DNA of 64,000 bases from Ignavibacteriota bacterium (GTDB lineage Bacteria > Bacteroidota > Ignavibacteria > Palsa-1295), in assembly GCA_963736195.1 (NCBI GenBank), contig CAVTNP010000004.1, positions 1,229,153-1,293,152 of the forward strand. Direction: 5' to 3'. Below are positions 44,489 to 53,508 of the stretch, in pieces (position 1 is the stretch's first letter; the number at the start of each line of letters is the position of its first letter). Position numbers and translations under genes: made by a program. The notes under the pieces are model-generated. The model saw nothing but the letters and a program-made list of their open reading frames with translations. It searched no databases and was not told where the DNA came from.

Positions 44489-45496
44489 TTATTCCTTCAC
44501 CAATTTAACGGATTGCGCTTCACCATACGCGGTTTGGATGCGCGCGAAGTACGTGCCCGAGGGCAGCCCTGCCAGCGAAAGCGGAACCGATTTATTCCCC
44601 GGCTCGAACAATCCTTCAAACCCGGACCCCGGACCCGGACCCCGGTTCCCGGAACCCGAAACAAGATGCCCCAACACATCGAATAGTTCTATTTTCACAT
44701 ACGCCTCTTTGCTGATGCCAAACGATATTACCGTTCCCTCGCCCGAGGGGTTGGGATACGCGGCGGCGTTGGAGATAATGCCCGGCTGTGGCGTTTCGCT
44801 CACGCTCTCATATAGAAGATGCTTTGCAAGTAGCGTGTCGAGGCCAAGACCAAGCGAAGCGATGGATGGTATGGTGGTATCGAGCGGCACCGACGTGTCA
44901 TTTAGCCAGTCTTCGTATTGAGATGCCCTGGCTCCTTTTATCTCATTTTCTATAAATGGCGTATCGCAGGTAGTGTTCTGAACTAACCATTCATCTATTG
45001 CAAGGGCTTTATTCAGATTAATCCAACCCTGCTCTTCACCACCGGTATCATTCGGGTCGGCAACCTGCATCGCTTCAACACACGCACAGAAGTATTCTGG
45101 GTTCGTCGTATTGAGATAGAGCACCGATTCGAGCCATAGCTGGGCCTGTAGCCAAAGAGAAGTGTCTGACACCTCAAGTGTTTGACGGCTGGCACTGAAC
45201 TCCTGAAACATGGATGGTGCGAAATAATCATTATAGCAAGTTTCGATAAATTTCATGGTTGTATCGTAACATTGCTGCACCTGTCCCGGGCCAGTATAGT
45301 TCCATATCTTAAAGCGCAAGGAATCGCAAGACTCTGTGTCATCTAAGACTTTCCCCATCTCTTCCTCTACCGCCGAGAGATTCCCGCGACCATGGTGTGC
45401 CGGCGCGTTGCCAATCCCTTGCGACTGCGCGAACGAGGAACCGCTCTGCTGCATCAGCAAGAGAAGAAGGGCTATCGTTCTTAATTGATGTACCAT
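44489..45496 (-). CDS. Secreted protein with T9SS C-terminal sorting domain (tandem paralog 1)
   Basis: Signal MVHQLRTIALLLLLMQQSGSSFAQ. The C-terminal ~110 aa AYPNPSGEGTVISFGISKEAYVKIELFDVLGH...SGTYFARIQTAYGEAQSVKLVKE is nearly identical to the 45553-46683 product. It carries an extra SGNRGPGPGSG low-complexity insert. Confidence 0.6.
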   Translation of the reverse strand: MVHQLRTIALLLLLMQQSGSSFAQSQGIGNAPAHHGRGNLSAVEEEMGKVLDDTESCDSLRFKIWNYTGPGQVQQCYDTTMKFIETCYNDYFAPSMFQEFSASRQTLEVSDTSLWLQAQLWLESVLYLNTTNPEYFCACVEAMQVADPNDTGGEEQGWINLNKALAIDEWLVQNTTCDTPFIENEIKGARASQYEDWLNDTSVPLDTTIPSIASLGLGLDTLLAKHLLYESVSETPQPGIISNAAAYPNPSGEGTVISFGISKEAYVKIELFDVLGHLVSGSGNRGPGPGSGFEGLFEPGNKSVPLSLAGLPSGTYFARIQTAYGEAQSVKLVKE

Positions 45497-45552
45497 GAAT
45501 GATAATTCCCGGGCTCTGGGCTTGTTCTGTGTACTCTATTATCAATTGCTGG

Positions 45553-46683
45553 TTATTCCTTCACCAATTTAACGGATTGCGCTTCTCCGTAGGCGGTTTG
45601 GATGCGCGCGAAGTAGGTGCCGGAGGGCAACCCTGCAAGCGATAAGGGAACCGATTTATTCCCCGGCTCGAACAGGCTTTCGAAACCAGCCGAGCCAACT
45701 TCATGCCCGAGCACATCGAATAGCTCTATTTTTACATACGCCTCTTTGCTGATCCCGAACGAGATTACCGTTCCCTCGCCTGTGGGGTTGGGATAGGCGG
45801 CGGCGTTGGAGATAATTCCCGGCTGTGGCATTTCACTCACGCTTTCATAAAACACATGTTTTGCCAGCAGCGTATCGAGCCCATAACCAATTTGAGATAG
45901 CGTGGGAATTGTTGTATCGTAAGGGTAATGAATTCCATCTAACGAATCCTGAGACCACTCCTGAAGTTGCTGCTTTCTAATGCTTTGCCAATCAGCCCAT
46001 TCCTGAGATGAGTCGCAATCAGTGTTAAGAATAAGCCATTTTAGAAATGCTATGCCTCGATTTTGATCCCTGATTCGTTGCTGATTCGTGGTATCATTGT
46101 TGACGTAACCGAAGGATCCAAAGATTTGACCAACGTCGGCGCAAAAATATTCTGGGACAGCGGTGTTCAGATACAGCACCGAGTAAAGCCAGGAACGGTA
46201 TTGTGCGTAAGTGGATGAGTCTTGCGAATAGTTACCGGTCAAGAAATTCTGCACGTCGCTGCCTAAAGCTCCAAACGCCTGCCAGGAATCTGTCCCATAG
46301 GCACATCTATCTATGAATAATTGAAGCGTGTCGTAAGAATCTTGCCACTCCTGAAATTGGGACAACGACTGGCCCACACCAAGAAGATAACTGCAGGTAT
46401 CGTGATTAATAATGGTATCCATGATGGATAGAGTGTTATTGCCATTTTTCTTTTTGGCAGATGTTGCAAGCAAGGTAACCCAATCTTGACACCCCGTTGC
46501 CCATGAAGGGAGAGATGATTTTGCAACTGTGGAACCGGAATCTGCACAATAAGTATTACCATACGCATTTGGCGCACTACTTCTCGCCGACAATTTAGAG
46601 GTATCCAGAATGAATGAGGCGCTGGAAATCGCGAAGACTACCAGAAGGACCAAAGACGCTGTTGTTGAAAGTCTTTTTCTCAT
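45553..46683 (-). CDS. Secreted protein with T9SS C-terminal sorting domain (tandem paralog 2)
   Basis: Signal MRKRLSTTASLVLLVVFAISSA. The central and C-terminal regions are homologous to paralog 1 (LYLNT..PEYFCA.V, DTTIP...GLDTLLAKH..YESVSE.PQPGIISNAAAYPNP.GEGTVISFG). Confidence 0.6.
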   Translation of the reverse strand: MRKRLSTTASLVLLVVFAISSASFILDTSKLSARSSAPNAYGNTYCADSGSTVAKSSLPSWATGCQDWVTLLATSAKKKNGNNTLSIMDTIINHDTCSYLLGVGQSLSQFQEWQDSYDTLQLFIDRCAYGTDSWQAFGALGSDVQNFLTGNYSQDSSTYAQYRSWLYSVLYLNTAVPEYFCADVGQIFGSFGYVNNDTTNQQRIRDQNRGIAFLKWLILNTDCDSSQEWADWQSIRKQQLQEWSQDSLDGIHYPYDTTIPTLSQIGYGLDTLLAKHVFYESVSEMPQPGIISNAAAYPNPTGEGTVISFGISKEAYVKIELFDVLGHEVGSAGFESLFEPGNKSVPLSLAGLPSGTYFARIQTAYGEAQSVKLVKE

Positions 46684-46860
46684 ACGTTAAGATGAGCGAT
46701 GCATATCACGATGATTTCGAACATGGGAGTTCACGGTTTTCGTGCCATCCCTTTAGGGTGCGCAGGGACCAGAGCTTCCATTTCTCAAAGAAATATTCGA
46801 CTATTTTCAACAATCGCTTGACATCGTCCTTTTAATTGCGTAGATTGTATGTGCTATGAT

Positions 46861-46990
46861 AGGCACCCTCTTGGGAAAAGATGAAATATGAAAGATGAAA
46901 GATGAAACGGGGAGGGTTCGGGGAAAAGATGAAATATGAGAGATGAAAGATGAATCCGCCGCGGCGGAGAAAGATGAAATGAGGAAGGGC
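46861..46990. repeat. A-rich short direct-repeat array (AAGATGAAA units, about 8 copies) in divergent intergenic region
   Basis: gaaaagatgaaatatgaaagatgaaagatgaaacgggg...ggaaaagatgaaatatgagagatgaaagatgaatccg...gagaaagatgaaatgagg. It has a two-block structure, each block ending in a G-rich run. Confidence 0.6.
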
Positions 46991-47176
46991 GGGGTTCATT
47001 GACAATCGGCAATAGGTGACTCAAATACTCTACAGTTTATGAATTCCTAATGCAAAAAAAATATTTTGGGAGGCACAAATGGCGAAATTGGCTCAGAATC
47101 GATGGTGTATCGGGAACTCAGAAGAAAGAAAAACGGCACCTATTGCCACAAGAAAGGGGTTGCATGACATTCAAAA

Positions 47177-48844
47177 ATGATGAGCCGCCGCAACAGATAC
47201 TTACTTGCCATACTTACCGGGCTTTTACTGGGCCTTGCGTTTCCTCCAACCGGTTTGGCGGGGGGCCTGCTGGCATTCGTGGCGCTGGTACCGCTTCTCG
47301 TAGCGCTCGAAGAGGGCACACGGCTTCGTGAGGCATTCAAGCTTGGCTGGGTCGCTATGTTCGTGCTGGGGCTGGTCTCGAATTATTGGGTCGGCGGGTG
47401 GAAATCGATTGGCGAGGTCGATCCATTTTTGATGGTCGGCGGTGTGCTGCTGGCGATCGTGCATCCGTTCTTTCTGGTAGTTCCCTGGCTGTTATACGAT
47501 TCGGTTCGGCGCCGGTATGGGCGCACGGCAGCGCTGTATTCGCTGCCGATCTTCCAGGCAGGCTTTGAATATGCACATTCGTTCGGCGATCTGGCGTATC
47601 CGTGGCTGAACCTGTATAACACGCAGACGTACAATCTGGCGTTCGATCAGTTCATCGAGTTCACGGGACCGTATTTGCTGAGCATGGTCATTGTGCTGGT
47701 GAATGTGGAATTGTTCCAACTTTTTTTTCCTTCGCGCAGGACGGATGGGCCGAATGGGACAAGATGGGTTATCCGGCATTCGGTGGTGCTTGGGCTTTTG
47801 ATTTTGCTGCCTTATCTTTACGGGGTGCTAGCAATGCAAGGGCATGAAGATTCCCGCTCCTCGCTTCGGGTTACGATCGTGCAGCCGAATATCGATCCCT
47901 GGGCTAAATGGTACACAGATGAAGAGCGAACACTGGATACGAATTTCGAGGCAACGGTTACTGCAATACGGGCTAATCATGATTCGACCGATCTTGTTGT
48001 ATGGCCCGAAACAGCGATCACGTTCTACATTACGTCTCCTGCGAAATCGTATGAACTTGGTGAACTGAATAAGTTTGTTTCCTCCATGCACCATGCATTG
48101 TTGACGGGTTTCCCGGATCGAGAGACCTATTTGGCGGGGCAAGATTCGATCCCAAGGGATGCGACACCTGTTGGAATCGGCGGAGTTTATTATCGAAGCT
48201 GGAATGCGGCAATGATGCTGTACCAATCACCAGATGGGACGATGCACCGCCAGGCGTATCATAAGCAGAAGTTAGTGCCACTTGGGGAGCATATTCCTTT
48301 CGTGCAATACTTTCCATTTCTCGGCAAGTGGTTTCAATGGGGCGTTGGGATCGGAAGTTGGAACTACGGCACTGGGTACGAGCCGCTTGCGCTGCCGATT
48401 TCAACTGCGCACGATACGCTGCGTATCACACCGACGATCTGCTATGAATCGATCTATCCAAGCTTTGTCCGGCATTTTGTCGATCATGGTGCGAACATGC
48501 TGGCCGTCATCACGAACGATGGCTGGTATGGCAGAAGCTCCGGTCCATATCAGCATGAGCAGTTCTCAGTACTTCGAGCGATCGAGAACCGGCGCTGGGT
48601 AGTTCGCTGCGCGAACACCGGTATTTCAACGATGATCGACGATCGGGGGCGGTACGTGCAATCGCTACCGCTGTTCACCTCGGGTTCCATCACGGAACGG
48701 GTTCCACTCATCGAGCGAAAGACGCTTTATGTGCAATGGGGTGATTACATAGCCGTTCCGTCAGTGATCTACTCTATTCTGGTATTACTTTTCGCATTAG
48801 GTGGAAGGATCCGGTTGCGATTCGTAGTGCGAGGGGAGAAGTGA
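47177..48844 (+). CDS. lnt: Apolipoprotein N-acyltransferase
   Basis: N-terminal polytopic domain plus C-terminal CN-hydrolase domain with ...ETAITFY..., ICYESIYP (catalytic Cys) and NDGWYG. Confidence 0.85.
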   Translation: MMSRRNRYLLAILTGLLLGLAFPPTGLAGGLLAFVALVPLLVALEEGTRLREAFKLGWVAMFVLGLVSNYWVGGWKSIGEVDPFLMVGGVLLAIVHPFFLVVPWLLYDSVRRRYGRTAALYSLPIFQAGFEYAHSFGDLAYPWLNLYNTQTYNLAFDQFIEFTGPYLLSMVIVLVNVELFQLFFPSRRTDGPNGTRWVIRHSVVLGLLILLPYLYGVLAMQGHEDSRSSLRVTIVQPNIDPWAKWYTDEERTLDTNFEATVTAIRANHDSTDLVVWPETAITFYITSPAKSYELGELNKFVSSMHHALLTGFPDRETYLAGQDSIPRDATPVGIGGVYYRSWNAAMMLYQSPDGTMHRQAYHKQKLVPLGEHIPFVQYFPFLGKWFQWGVGIGSWNYGTGYEPLALPISTAHDTLRITPTICYESIYPSFVRHFVDHGANMLAVITNDGWYGRSSGPYQHEQFSVLRAIENRRWVVRCANTGISTMIDDRGRYVQSLPLFTSGSITERVPLIERKTLYVQWGDYIAVPSVIYSILVLLFALGGRIRLRFVVRGEK

Positions 48845-50022
48845 GCACGGTGGGCAAACGGCTTGCGATCGTCACACAGGATCCAGCCAATTATGGCGGA
48901 GTCCTTCGATTGGTGGAATTTATCTACCGTCGTGCTGAAGCGGCCGGCATGGAACCGACTATCCTTCATTATGCGAAATTCTCGGAACATCCGGAACTGC
49001 ATTGTTCGATCAGTAATCTTTTTCGAGGGGAGTTAAATCTAATCGCACGAGAGAAGGAGTACGATTTCCGAGGAATGAGAGCATGTGCCATCGGCGCATG
49101 GATCCCCGAGTGGGAACCGCAACGAATTCGATCGAATCGCACATGGCGAAAGGTACTCGATGAGTATGATACCTATATTCTTGTGACTGGCTCGGCCCAG
49201 ACAGGGCTTCCGCTCGTGCAAAGTGGGAAGAAGTTTATCGCATGGGTTTCGGCGGCTGTTGAAGACGACAGACGCAAGCGCCTATCGGGAAGCCTCACTA
49301 TTTCCGCGAGGTTCGAAAAGCTTGGCTTACCCACGATTTTGCGCGCCGAGAGTCTTGTACTCGGGTCTGCCTCGCACTTAATGGTGGTAAGCAATGATAC
49401 TCAGCAGCAGGTTTCAAGAATTTCAGGAGTACGCTCAGAAGTCTGGCCATTCCCTGTTGATACTGTTAAGTTCTCACCCGGTAGCGAGCAAGCAAGATTA
49501 TCATCGCCAAATTTTCTTTTTGTTGGGCGAGCAAATGATCCTAGAAAACGGATCGACCTGTTTCTTTCTGCTGCCGCAGGCCTCCGCAACGCACATCCTG
49601 AGCTTGATTTTTCCTTAACGATCGTTTCCTCAGTTCCACCCGATAGTAAGGAGGCTTATTTTCGAACAGAAGTTCTATCGCACGTCTCAGAAGAGCAATT
49701 GATAGCGTTATATCGAAGATCGACTGCATTGATTCTCACCAGCGAGCAGGAGGGTCTGGGTATTGCAGCCATGGAAGCGATGGCTTGTAGCCTGCCTGTA
49801 ATCTCCACCCGTTGCGGCGGCCCAGAAACATTTATCGAAGATGAGCTCAACGGGTTTTTCGTATCAGACGATCCGGAGGCAATCGCCAAGTATATGTATG
49901 AACTGGCGATAGATCCATCTCTGCGAACTCGCACTGGAGCCGCAGCAAGAAAGCGAATCGAGGATGAATTTAGCGAACAGGTTTGGAATCAAAAATTCGA
50001 AGATCTATTTCGAGATAATTAA
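48841..50022 (+). CDS. Glycosyltransferase family 4 (GT-B, RfaG/GT1 superfamily)
   Basis: EGLGIAAMEAMACSLPVISTRCGGPETFIEDELNGFFV is the EX7E region. The GTG start overlaps the lnt stop (GTGA), giving translational coupling. Confidence 0.8.
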   Translation: MSTVGKRLAIVTQDPANYGGVLRLVEFIYRRAEAAGMEPTILHYAKFSEHPELHCSISNLFRGELNLIAREKEYDFRGMRACAIGAWIPEWEPQRIRSNRTWRKVLDEYDTYILVTGSAQTGLPLVQSGKKFIAWVSAAVEDDRRKRLSGSLTISARFEKLGLPTILRAESLVLGSASHLMVVSNDTQQQVSRISGVRSEVWPFPVDTVKFSPGSEQARLSSPNFLFVGRANDPRKRIDLFLSAAAGLRNAHPELDFSLTIVSSVPPDSKEAYFRTEVLSHVSEEQLIALYRRSTALILTSEQEGLGIAAMEAMACSLPVISTRCGGPETFIEDELNGFFVSDDPEAIAKYMYELAIDPSLRTRTGAAARKRIEDEFSEQVWNQKFEDLFRDN

Positions 50023-50277
50023 ATTGCAAATGCGCGTGAGTTCTTGATGTATCGAGTGTTTTAATGTTGTTTGATCGCAAGATGAGCGAACGCAGGAATG
50101 TATTTGGCTGTTAAATTTTATTCTAAGATCATCCATACCATTCCTTTTGCCAATATTTGAATGGTTAAACCTGAGTGCTCCATCATCACTCAAAGATCCG
50201 AATCCTCCAGCTTTGCCATTGCCGATCATTCAGCCTTACCACAAAGCTCGTTATTCTTTAATAGCCACCGATCCGTT

Positions 50278-51390
50278 ATGCCAACTCCTAACCGGGGAAA
50301 AAATAAGCTTCGAACGTGTTCCGTTTTACTTTTTTTCTGCATCCTTCTGACACATTCGCAAGCGAACTCGCAACCAAGCGAGGCCTTTGAATTTGTCCGT
50401 GCAGACTGGCATTTGGCTGGGATCTCCGAGTTTCATGGCGACTGGCAAGCTGCAATTGGGTACTATCAAAAGGTAATACAAGAAAGTCAGTCATTGCCGA
50501 TCGATGTCCGTGAGTGGTACCGGGGCACTGCTCAGTACGGTATTGCGCGATGCGATTGCAGGCTGGGGAAAGATTCGGTCACCATTCGTACAGCATTATC
50601 GAAAGCATTCTCTCACCATTTTTGGAATTTTGCCCTTGCTGGAACTGATCCACAGATCATGCTCGACTGTGGGCGAAGGTGGCTGGACTCGCTCTCAAGT
50701 CTGTGGAGCAGCATTTCAAACGAGGAACGCCCGCTATGGCTACCGCAGGCCCCGATCATTTTTTATCCGGTTGGATATGATTCTACATCTCGGTGGCCGC
50801 TCATTCTCGCATTGCATGGCGGCAATGACAATTACGAAAGCTTCGCCGAGAATTGGCTTGGGATGGCTACTGATCTGCATGCAATTATCGTAGTACCAGC
50901 CGGAGTCATTCGTGAATCTCAGATCACCAACTCATGGGGATCGGACATGGGCGTGATCGAAAAGCCGATCATCGATCTTGTGAAGACGTTCACATCAAGA
51001 CATCTGGCCGATCCAGAGCAAGTCTATCTTGCTGGCTTTTCGCAGGGTGCTCAAGCTTCGCTTGAACTTGCTGTTCGGAGACCTGACCTTTTCCATGGCA
51101 CGATTGCTATGTCCGGATTTGTAGATAGTCCAATAACCGATTCAATGCTATCGCAGGCTCATCATCATGGGCTGAAGATCTATGCTATCAGTGGTGAGAA
51201 TGAAAATCAGACGTTTAGAGCTGAACTCAGTTCTTTTGATTCATCCTGCACCAAAGCAAAAATCCCGTTTGAGATGGAGACGATATCTGGTATGATCCAC
51301 GAGATCCCACTTGATTTTCACACGCAAATTCTTCAAGCATGGCAGTGGCTGCGGCCAACCACCCAGGCAACCATTCAAGGCGAGAAATAA
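50278..51390 (+). CDS. Secreted esterase/phospholipase-carboxylesterase family alpha/beta hydrolase with N-terminal helical (TPR-like) region
   Basis: Signal MPTPNRGKNKLRTCSVLLFFCILLTHSQA (Met at 50278). LALHGGNDNYESF. Nucleophile elbow GFSQGAQ. The C-terminal His is in MIHEIPLDFH. Confidence 0.6.
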   Translation: MPTPNRGKNKLRTCSVLLFFCILLTHSQANSQPSEAFEFVRADWHLAGISEFHGDWQAAIGYYQKVIQESQSLPIDVREWYRGTAQYGIARCDCRLGKDSVTIRTALSKAFSHHFWNFALAGTDPQIMLDCGRRWLDSLSSLWSSISNEERPLWLPQAPIIFYPVGYDSTSRWPLILALHGGNDNYESFAENWLGMATDLHAIIVVPAGVIRESQITNSWGSDMGVIEKPIIDLVKTFTSRHLADPEQVYLAGFSQGAQASLELAVRRPDLFHGTIAMSGFVDSPITDSMLSQAHHHGLKIYAISGENENQTFRAELSSFDSSCTKAKIPFEMETISGMIHEIPLDFHTQILQAWQWLRPTTQATIQGEK

Positions 51391-51473
51391 ATCGAACCCT
51401 CTCCAGCAAATCCACGTTTGACGCCAACGCCCGCAAAAGTATGCAGGCAGAAACGAAGATTTTAGGCTAGAAT

Positions 51474-51677
51474 ATGGCAAAACAACAAACTTTCGGTGAT
51501 AAATTAAAGAAGCAATCCGTCGAGCGAGTCGAATTCGTACCTCAGCTCGGCAAAAAAGCGAAATTAAGCCCAGTTCGCCTTATTGGCGTATCAAAAAGCG
51601 CTGCTGGCTATAAATTCGAGGATCGCATTGCACGCATCGCTGAACCTGAGGGTGGGGGCGAGGCTATTATTATCTAA
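51474..51677 (+). CDS. Small conserved protein adjacent to ribosomal protein genes (DUF4295-like?)
   Basis: 67 aa beginning MAKQQ with basic residues and a GYKFEDR segment. It lies directly upstream of rpsR-rpmB. Family assignment is from memory only. Confidence 0.3.
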   Translation: MAKQQTFGDKLKKQSVERVEFVPQLGKKAKLSPVRLIGVSKSAAGYKFEDRIARIAEPEGGGEAIII

Positions 51678-51780
51678 ATAGCTCGGATTATAATAATCAA
51701 CTCCAGAATCTAGAAATTTTCTTACCCCAGAAACGGTTAACTGGCCTCCCATCCTACAGGATACCAGAAGAAATTATTTT

Positions 51781-52125
51781 ATGGCTCAACAACGAACAAC
51801 ATCGATGACCGGTGGCCGGAACGGGCAGTCCCGACCCGGTAGCCGTGATTCTCGCCAGGGCGGCAATAATCCAAATGCGTACGGACGCAACCAAAACCAG
51901 CGTGAGCCGGTCAAGAATAAACCAGATCCGCTGAAACTGCGTGACATCACCTATCTTGATTACCGCGACATCCGTATTCTGGAGCGTTTTCTGAACGATC
52001 GGGGCAAGTTGCTTCCGAATCGCATCACTGCGGTCAGTGCGAAGGGTCAACGAAAGCTTGAAATTGCTGTGAAGCATGCCCGGCATCTGGCACTCTTGCC
52101 ATTCGTAGCCGAAGGAATGAAATAA
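51781..52125 (+). CDS. rpsR: 30S ribosomal protein S18 (with ~45 aa Gly/Arg/Asn/Gln-rich N-terminal extension)
   Basis: [53 protein letters not shown] is the S18 core. Confidence 0.85.
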   Translation: MAQQRTTSMTGGRNGQSRPGSRDSRQGGNNPNAYGRNQNQREPVKNKPDPLKLRDITYLDYRDIRILERFLNDRGKLLPNRITAVSAKGQRKLEIAVKHARHLALLPFVAEGMK

Positions 52126-52150
52126 GAATTACGATTAGAAAAGAAATATT

Positions 52151-52366
52151 ATGTCACGAGTCTGCGAATTAACGGGTGCGAAGACCCATGCAGGTAACCA
52201 CGTATCGCACGCGGTGAACCGATCGAAGAAGCGCATCCTTCCTAACCTCCAAACCAAAAGGGTGTGGGACGATCAAACTGGCAAGTTCGTTACCATTCGT
52301 GCAACTGCGCGAGCATTGCGAACGCTTGATAAGAAAGGCCTTCGCGCAATGCGCGCAGCGATTTAA
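52151..52366 (+). CDS. rpmB: 50S ribosomal protein L28
   Basis: MSRVCELTGAKTHAGNHVSHAVNRSKKRILPNLQTKRVWDDQTGKFVTIRATARALRTLDKKG is an L28 signature. Confidence 0.85.
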   Translation: MSRVCELTGAKTHAGNHVSHAVNRSKKRILPNLQTKRVWDDQTGKFVTIRATARALRTLDKKGLRAMRAAI

Positions 52367-52381
52367 GATTTTCTTCGATTG

Positions 52382-52438
52382 CGACTGAACCGTCAGTCGA
52401 TCTAATAGATGGCGCGATGCATCCCAAGATGCCGCGCC
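52382..52438 (+). terminator. Tandem GC-rich hairpins downstream of rpmB (putative terminator)
   Basis: cgactg-aaccgt-cagtcg (52382-52399) and ggcgcg-at-gcatc-ccaa-gatgc-cgcgcc (52411-52438). The following U tract is weak (actagtgttt). Confidence 0.35.
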
Positions 52439-52442
52439 ACTA

Positions 52443-53483
52443 GTGTTTATGGCAATTCCTTCGCTTAAACCTGTCGAATTGCGCTTTCGCAGGGCGTTCC
52501 TTTGGTGCTTGGGAAGATTGGGCCGATCAAGACAACAAGCGAGTAAGACTATTCCCAATTCCCCTTCCATTCTAATCCTGCGTCAGGATCGACTTGGGGA
52601 TGTGCTCATGAGCACCTTCTTTCTTGTAGCATTGCGCGAAAAATATCCGAACTCACGAATTGCGATTCTGCTTGGAAAGAATAATGAGCAAGTTATTCCT
52701 TTGCTCCCATTTCCGTGCGAATGTTTTATCTATCGAAAGAAAATTTTCGAAGATATTGCGACAATCAACTTAGTACGCCACAGTCACTTTGATGTCGCGA
52801 TCGATATGACAGATAAGGCGAGCGTGACTTCCTCGATCTTGCTGAGTGTGATCGGTGCGAAGATTCGGGTGGGTATCGAGAAGGAGAATAGTGTAGTCTA
52901 TGATATTACAGTTCCACGTCCGAGCCAGACAGAAGTTCATATTACGGAACGCGTTGCGGAACTGCTTAGTCCTTTTGGAATAGATCCAGCAATGGTGGAT
53001 CGCAGACCACGATTGAATTTATCTGTTAAAAGACACAATGGGCGAATAGGACTAAATGTGTCTTCCCGTACAGCTGATCGCTCCGCGCCAACACTTTCAA
53101 GCGCGCAAATTGCGAAGGGCACTTTAGATCTGGGCTTTTCCGAAGTGCTGGTGTTTTCGGCACCTCATGATCGGCAACGCGGCGAAGAGACTGTCCGGCT
53201 TTCCAACGATCCGCGCGTCATTCTTGCTCAAAGCAAGCCAACATTTGCGGAATTCGCCGAGCAGATCGCAAGCTGCGAATATCTCATTACGGTCGATACT
53301 TCTGTCATCCAGGTAGCTGCAGCGGCAGGAATTCCAATGGTGCTCATGTTCAAACCAATGTTCGATGAGCACCCGTGGACACCCATCGGGGTACCATTCG
53401 AGATTCACACCCAATATCCCACTCTCGAAGCCCTCGAACCACAGCCTGTCCTCGACCTGTTTAAGAAACTTATTGCCCGCTGA
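52443..53483 (+). CDS. Glycosyltransferase family 9 (LPS heptosyltransferase-like)
   Basis: ILILRQDRLGDVLMSTFFLVALREKYPNSRIAILLG is the GT9 N-terminal signature. Length 346 aa. Confidence 0.75.
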   Translation: MFMAIPSLKPVELRFRRAFLWCLGRLGRSRQQASKTIPNSPSILILRQDRLGDVLMSTFFLVALREKYPNSRIAILLGKNNEQVIPLLPFPCECFIYRKKIFEDIATINLVRHSHFDVAIDMTDKASVTSSILLSVIGAKIRVGIEKENSVVYDITVPRPSQTEVHITERVAELLSPFGIDPAMVDRRPRLNLSVKRHNGRIGLNVSSRTADRSAPTLSSAQIAKGTLDLGFSEVLVFSAPHDRQRGEETVRLSNDPRVILAQSKPTFAEFAEQIASCEYLITVDTSVIQVAAAAGIPMVLMFKPMFDEHPWTPIGVPFEIHTQYPTLEALEPQPVLDLFKKLIAR

Positions 53484-53508
53484 CACGCTAAAGGTGTTCA
53501 CACTATAA

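Noticed and set aside
47050-47331. 93-aa ORF upstream of and overlapping the lnt start
   Set aside because: It overlaps the well-supported lnt N-terminus in another frame, and the lnt start at 47177 fits the family. Likely spurious.
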